Shown: one piece after another, positions 60,801 through 64,000 of the stretch
How the letters are laid out: each line of letters opens with the position of its first letter
Position numbering within the stretch: the first letter of the stretch is position 1
IMG/VR virus record: IMGVR_UViG_3300028423_001161
Span: 1-64,000 of that record
Length of the DNA: 64,000 nucleotides
From: a virus
Reading direction: 5' to 3' (one strand)
Notes under the pieces: generated by a model
The model's database searches: none
Told to the model about the DNA's origin: nothing
What the model saw: only the letters and a program-made list of their open reading frames with translations
Made by a program: the position numbers and the translations under genes

Positions 60801-63800
60801 CAGACAAGTTTTTGAAACGTCCCAGCGATGTTGCAGACAAAGGCCTCTGGCCAACCATGTCGGCAGTTGATGCCAGTGGGGTCACAGATTCGCGTTATCC
60901 CACAATACGCAATTCTGGCTATGTCAATGCAAGCAATGTGAATTTTCAAGCCTATGACATAGGCAGTTTGCCTGATCTCTTCAGCGACGATGTGATTATC
61001 AAGCCTGACAGCGGAGACCTAATTCACATTGCGGTCAGCGAAAATCGAGACTGGAATGTGTATCGCATGTCACAGGTAAACACCAATGAGAGTTTCTTGT
61101 TCCGCAACGAAGACGGTGATGTTAGCCTATACACAGATGTAAGCCTGTTTAACTTCTTGGACGGTAATCAAATTGGCGAAGATAACACAGGCAGGTTCTT
61201 GGATTATGTGCTCACATTGAAAAATGCCAACATCAGTGATACTGTGGTTGTGTGGCGCAATGAGGATATTGTGCAGGCACAACAGTACGATCTCAGAGAG
61301 TTTGAGGCGCCCAGAATGGTTGAAGCACGTATCGCCAGCATTGGACCTGCAGATCTCACAGAAATCACAGATCTCCAGCCCGCAACGTCACGCACACTGC
61401 AGAATCTTACACTAACACCGTTGGACAACACCAGCAACACAGTGTTGGTAACATCACCAGACTTAGGTGATCTCAGAGAAGGCGATGCTGTGCAGTTGAT
61501 TGACAATGTGGGAATTTCCTATGTGTCAGAAGCCAAACACACAGTGGACACAGGCAACAACACAATCACAATGAGTGCACAAACTGTGGAATCTATTAGT
61601 GTTGACAGCAACGGCGACGGCTATGATTTTGTGCCCAATGTAACTGTTGACACAGGCACTGCAGAAGGCAACACACAGGCAGTTGCAGTTGTAGCAGGCT
61701 CCATCGACAGTGTTGATATCTCAGGTACCTCAGATCACAGTGAAGCTGACGCTTATCTCACGGGCCCGGGCAACAATGCCGATATTCAAGTAGACATTGT
61801 TGACGGCAGTGTCACTGCAATCAACATCATAGACCCGGGTTCAGAGTACAACACAAGTGCTCTGCCCTCTGTGTCCATTGAATCGCCTGCAAACGGTGTT
61901 ACTGCTAATGCAGAGGTTACTTCTGATGACATTGATGATACCACAGGCAGCTTGCTGAGAATCAGAGTAACAGACCCGGGTTCTGGATACACAGCAAGTC
62001 AAAGACCCAATGTAACCATCGATCCGTCGCCCACAGGCAACGACGCCACAGCATCAGCTGTGATCACAGGCAACATTGCTGTTGATGTCATAGACGGCGG
62101 CAACGGTTATGTGGTTGGAGACAGCAATATTGAAGTCGTTGGCAATGGCACTTATGCTGATGCCTCATTGAATATCACAGGAAGTGTGAATCAAGTGCTA
62201 GTGCAAAACACTGCAGTGGGTTACACCGGTGTGCCTGATGTGACCATTGAAGCACCTCTCAGTGGCAACACAGCCACAGCAACCGCAGTGATGAACACTG
62301 GCGTTGACCGTATACAAGAAGCTGCAAACATCAGCTCAGACGGCAATGTGTATGTGTCACTGACAGGCAATGTGAGTTTTGTAACAGCAGGCAACAGCAA
62401 TGCCGATCTTACGCAACGTGATCTAGACAATGTGCGTCAGGCAAGACTGATACTGGCTAACAGCTATTTGGTTGAAAACCTTGATGCCAACACGGGCACA
62501 TTTGAGCTTGCGGACACTGTGTTCTCAGATACTCAACCTTTGGGCGAGTTTGTGCTGTCTGCAAATGCCACAACCTCAGATAACAGCATTGTAATACAAG
62601 GTACTCCGGGTCTAGTTGACGGAGACGTGGTATTTTACAACAGCAACGTGCTGGGTAATATCTCCGGTGTCACAGTAACCAATACCACCACCACTATCAA
62701 CATGGACAGCAATCTCACTGCCAATGTGTCTGCTGGCGAACAAGTGTCAATTGTAGGCGACAGTGTGTGGCAAGAAGGAGTCATTGACGTCACAGGATAC
62801 ACTGTGAAGATACGCAGACAGTTCGAGCCCTTGGCCAGCAATGCTACCTATCACACAGTGAACAATCTCACATTAAACAGCTTTACCATTGAAAGTGCAA
62901 ATGTCACTGACTCAGTGAATGCAATTGGCGTGCATCTCAATCAGTCAGAAATCACAGTGAACAATCACAATCAACAGGTTGGCGATTTTGTGAGGCTGGA
63001 TACCAACACAGTGTCTGGTCGCTATCAGATTCAGCGAATTCAAGGCAACACCATGGTGATAGATGCACCGTTCCGCAGTGGTTTCACTGAAGGAAACATC
63101 ATTGGCAGAGGGGTAGAGATCAAAACCACAAACCCACACACCATTACATCTGTGTATGCTGCCAACAACAAGCGTGTGGCAGTGCACTTTGCTGAACCAT
63201 TGTATTACAACAAGGTTTATCCTATCAGTCGTGTCACACCAGACAGTTTGATTGTGGACGGGTTTTGGCCTCAAGACGACACAGAGCATGTGTTCTATGA
63301 AGAACGCTATGGCACAGTGAACAGTGCAGAACCTTTGTTTGTGCCAGGCGATGCTAACTCAGCAGTGAGTGCCAACGCACTGTCGGCCACTAATGTCATA
63401 GAACTCAGCCGCAACAGCAGACTCAATGACATGGTTGCACACTATAGCAGTAACAGTGCAGTGATCAGCAGCAAGCATGTAACTGTGTTTGATCTATTCA
63501 CGGATTCCGCAGGCACGCCACTGAGTGCAGTTCAACTAGTAGACGAACAGTCAGCAGGCAATACAGTGAACTATGTAAACACTGTGGCGGTTGTTGACCC
63601 TGAGGCACTGCCTGACAACAATGTCAGTGTAGAAGTAATGGTCACACGCCAAATACTGAGGTCAGACAATAGATATCCTGTGTTAACCACATTGGACCAC
63701 AATCGCATGTTTGTGAATGGTTCTGCTATTGAGATTGACAGCTATAATAATCCTGAAGCTCTAACTGCCAGTATCAACAGAAACATTGGGCTGAGAAGAG

Positions 63801-64000
63801 CAATGACCAAAGAACGGGCAACAGGCTTTGGCATGAACTTTTTGATGCTGAATGATCCTAACACTCCTGTGTTGGAGAACAGATCAGCATCTGAGATTGA
63901 CGGCTATGGTCCATATCTCAGAGATGAAAACCTCATTTCAAGACTCAGCGGTGGCGCTACAAACACCACCGAAGAGCTAGAACTCACGGTTCCTGGAGAA
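51842..64000 (+). CDS. giant baseplate/structural protein (>4,050 aa, incomplete; gp7-like position) containing a YHYH-like domain
   Basis: ATG at 51842 (MADKKIYKRLP...). The same frame reads as protein at spot checks (57002, 63962) and the track lists no terminated ORF in it. Motifs: DKFVNYSEYYW, HSPVVGWASDGLPIYGPYGY, repeated I...GSGY. Confidence 0.85.
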   Translation, partial: MADKKIYKRLPAVLQTTAIKNFFESTVEQLFSKSNVDNIQGFIGSQRSEDAGASGTYLPEPSITKRFYGLSPTVNTLNPDTGDSENLIYYDELVDILKTYGVDVRDHNKIFSENYSTFLPPIDIDKFVNYSEYYWAPKGPSTIVVQGTLEHPVDVDRDVLGQTQFTPPGGVPFRNGMIVEFGGDFVIPNTRLGVEYIVEGVGESIFFVPKADNFSTRFSTPGEDQFDLGLEDTDDTVETVHSSADYLSNVEILSGGVGYVEPKLFVYDNPLVSVTDNSGDNISALTPYWQDDPANVDLRTTDPSTGLQNANLISLASIVDYETQQGILTEYDTVKALYDNSELRTGSVAEFDLGVDSDHSITDVDITNNNSSDPKHLYSGQVRYVLYDKLVEHQANLSLTAEQATGNSTPQVFETSEFVLDSVTDIKVGQQITGLFKGIVKNITPASRIIELEEPVPVTVGMFSQDSTLRFQGRGFSADLRFDDVHTVTEGSVVTILESQRKPGVNPNNFNDYYVINALPGFDQDGGPPWSGTDTQEVSDYLLQQRGATNRNVWSRVNFWYHRQNFVDAGDELPPVSQRAKRPIIEFDRNLELYNHGTNSLGFVNTASTELTLDDINGRPSGFLIDGVPTENASFIFPEGKVEDIKYVYTTTTVQDDVEITFSDPANPDPSNIEIAVVGNVTLGGFAENGYVDSIEIIDPGANYTSNVEVVISHSAGRDAQATAVVDGSGSITEILLFDRTPESVSYDGEYVNVRFNGSHGLSDGDTVNVIGADPSEYNGTYQIIVTSSNEFLYLPKIRPSADTASTLPTVKTGGRSYYETGLVRVTRLPDPNLNPEDAVDGDENFVPLEAQPGDIVQVTGGSVALGREYVFESTEWSVAQEKVTVNQAPLFNLYDTSGRYLGDNGVYPNNNFAGSKIFGYATTAPDSDSVLGTQPDTELGFPVVFKQFKATSEIVFENYLDTSSYSYRPLGADSDLDVTGYYYYKLLTEPVGYHSAWKVVDDRSTQRIYTVYNITQIEVDQQRVNYFVGCLPELDSSAPSGYDIRVRVNGEIRTDYTYGTTQSGYIDFESFDLSAGDLLEIDAYGEEGLFDINTASKYELPLGWSRNPENQDILYTSEPEFLEHFRRYLSDQPGFRGDVFANNNSSSIPLNPRHATEIVNTTQDIMLGAFLIDDQPHNLVDALRFTALEYSKYKNRVQAEIDRYNQLNNIDSLGVDAVLEQVLRNVISFKVGNEVFNRTYVMPFGDNYEEETFTVALNQTDFVLSTSLDFNQLENTLLVFHNGNLLRIDNCYVLSDHAPITITVQNEVGLQPGDTITARIYNSERDSAQCPPTPSTMGLFPLYIPTILVDDSYQTPVEVILGHDGSRTPIKGDSRDHILLEYEKRIYNAAKKEFREANSLPEYNLANVRAGAFRDTGYAYTEFYDLMRNSFSRWTVDNTVDAVTNEYFDLDNEFTWNYGTQALPGHWRGIYEYYYDTVRPHTHPWEMLGFTEEPLWWDTEYTRQEINQRDEVISILSYGPDNTRLWQDLEQGIIRQGPRENFSDGRYLLDNPYRRVGLSEIIPVDNNGELISPFRLFSTGTTQILEQWQNSVTGNNDPDYAFRTSSFQQVNSLNVSYDTSGGISGNGNVYVSTTENSVSIPRKDLNVLVRDESPMPDDKIVAVLVNGEPVYGIKSPDSWNNQDVWHYNLGYDYTLQDQLRVITPQVLGISNWDSESHSPVVGWASDGLPIYGPYGYEDPSDSNSSIVAIRSPWVLREANNRQINPGGAHTGVFIEDYKYDATLSGQPGYTGKHNQRYGVTPDSPTQPIYYYVLTVDENLEPAFPYHVGGGTTNVDQWANNYFSTAPLRGRISDVLVQEQGALYDPANTTIAITDSNGNDTATANAVIEDGHIVDVVVTDAGSGYSEAQATVVDSSGSGVRAKLDVVVSTSDNSTGNSFVNTDATASIVSVLDTQLVRDGNEISNNWKFGDVAPAEYAWRSTEQYPFAVAEALLLAKPGRFARIFSEPSKLHRPDIDRRMLLNRDTNKRWQFLDPAQFSVHGDIDNNGNFVTNVGYTQFINSWLKFQGLDTDVDFVPKLRTLNMKLSHRMSGYIDKDTLTVRTDQYSNDGNATSLIVPQKNISVAVHSSPNKTRNFYSGVQIEKTLGGYRLRGYDRNQGYFSILESDQTGPRQRVTVGGEPASYVPWEPNQTYRKDAIVERLGNFYQAKLTVSSGTEFDKSLWTRLPSLPQIGGATSTLYQRTTGRTLRVNYETEFDSIDQVYDFLISLGRYQQRSGYDFGDYDEAIADVRDWSYAAKQFLFWTTGQWEVGNTLELSPLAPRVAFSVPTGFISKINRSDREQFSVVNAAGAVIDPQQCEIVRQDNRIEIAPPAGDQIYGVLLYTKEIEHAMTLDNLTEFADVIYNPVINQKHSRLKVTGTRTRNWTGKLLSEGFVIDEDELKPNLDNLAESLGRYHELGFIPVEKQVYEQARALFGYTDREYLRELDIIDDQQFDFYKGMIQSKGTDSSLTRIGRSKTVAEGNISVYSEWALRVADFGDTESDQSLELQVNKSDIVQNPQLITLALPEDITNSVERIDVLEAKFVYTSTPEIELPAPADPTGTQALAAATLDSTGKLSSITVTEAGSGYGASIGADVIAANVLVDSESTRFVEVAATPLANNIIDFDQPEIVFSVTDNISGANIDAVVPANGNVVIEDVLSEINSNALVNSHLTMRAFSNLNNGNVVYNVRLSGSDFTVTDGANIGVANGSYQPVQKYAIDTATNSEPEIDINDVTVLVDGQVVPSAQGNVTNWTFSASNTITVTSDSVYPENANANSSASFALGTTVTNIETDSNGRYRYLELYINGVRVTNIRNGLGVDANTGLPLYSGTVYEIVGGNTLRFPDINLIPKQALAELYDPPLEQAIEYNEQRELYYGFNSDTEFRLVEKATVEFDNSYQGDLPGKTLNIRVTSKDRIAVRTQTVRSFEITPDAQDDDVLFIDIDNADKFLKRPSDVADKGLWPTMSAVDASGVTDSRYPTIRNSGYVNASNVNFQAYDIGSLPDLFSDDVIIKPDSGDLIHIAVSENRDWNVYRMSQVNTNESFLFRNEDGDVSLYTDVSLFNFLDGNQIGEDNTGRFLDYVLTLKNANISDTVVVWRNEDIVQAQQYDLREFEAPRMVEARIASIGPADLTEITDLQPATSRTLQNLTLTPLDNTSNTVLVTSPDLGDLREGDAVQLIDNVGISYVSEAKHTVDTGNNTITMSAQTVESISVDSNGDGYDFVPNVTVDTGTAEGNTQAVAVVAGSIDSVDISGTSDHSEADAYLTGPGNNADIQVDIVDGSVTAINIIDPGSEYNTSALPSVSIESPANGVTANAEVTSDDIDDTTGSLLRIRVTDPGSGYTASQRPNVTIDPSPTGNDATASAVITGNIAVDVIDGGNGYVVGDSNIEVVGNGTYADASLNITGSVNQVLVQNTAVGYTGVPDVTIEAPLSGNTATATAVMNTGVDRIQEAANISSDGNVYVSLTGNVSFVTAGNSNADLTQRDLDNVRQARLILANSYLVENLDANTGTFELADTVFSDTQPLGEFVLSANATTSDNSIVIQGTPGLVDGDVVFYNSNVLGNISGVTVTNTTTTINMDSNLTANVSAGEQVSIVGDSVWQEGVIDVTGYTVKIRRQFEPLASNATYHTVNNLTLNSFTIESANVTDSVNAIGVHLNQSEITVNNHNQQVGDFVRLDTNTVSGRYQIQRIQGNTMVIDAPFRSGFTEGNIIGRGVEIKTTNPHTITSVYAANNKRVAVHFAEPLYYNKVYPISRVTPDSLIVDGFWPQDDTEHVFYEERYGTVNSAEPLFVPGDANSAVSANALSATNVIELSRNSRLNDMVAHYSSNSAVISSKHVTVFDLFTDSAGTPLSAVQLVDEQSAGNTVNYVNTVAVVDPEALPDNNVSVEVMVTRQILRSDNRYPVLTTLDHNRMFVNGSAIEIDSYNNPEALTASINRNIGLRRAMTKERATGFGMNFLMLNDPNTPVLENRSASEIDGYGPYLRDENLISRLSGGATNTTEELELTVPGE

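Noticed and set aside
52276-63289. Many short ORFs listed in the track across the right-hand 12 kb, and antisense ORFs elsewhere (e.g. 37544-38314, 31981-32565, 28332-28895)
   Set aside because: Shadow frames overlapping long genes that have clear family motifs
1-64000. Stop-codon reassignment, as seen in some jumbo phages
   Set aside because: Core genes are full length in the standard code, and TAG, TGA and TAA all end genes at expected positions

Overview
This window comes from a large T4-related (jumbo-type) myophage genome and covers most of its virion morphogenesis region. The head module has portal, prohead protease, scaffold and a short major capsid protein. Neck and tail genes include gp13/14/15, sheath, tube, a probable tape measure, gp26, and a baseplate cluster (gp53, gp5, gp25, gp6-like, and a >4,000-codon ORF from 51842 that runs off the end and is missing from the ORF track). 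There are three fibre-like genes with probable autocleaving chaperone domains. Other genes are late sigma gp55, gp47/gp46, dNMP kinase, a GH19 endolysin and accessory enzymes (heme oxygenase, NDP-sugar epimerase, 2OG-Fe(II) oxygenase, Nudix, SGNH-like). The most unusual signals cluster at 34200-36430. (1) A candidate programmed -1 frameshift (A AAT TTT) would fuse gp26 to a start-less gp51-like ORF next to the tape-measure gene, like a lambda G/GT chaperone. (2) A ~630-bp non-coding, stem-rich region lies directly downstream of a minimal, catalytic-domain-only GIY-YIG gene. It holds a candidate large ncRNA, GGCA repeats and a tandem-GA hairpin capped by GCGAAAGC. Elsewhere, a recurring GATAAATA late-promoter variant appears to make at least five leaderless mRNAs, the gp5 lysozyme domain appears catalytically degenerate, and the long fibre carries an AT-rich swapped module. 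All calls rest on motif recognition by eye; no searches were run.
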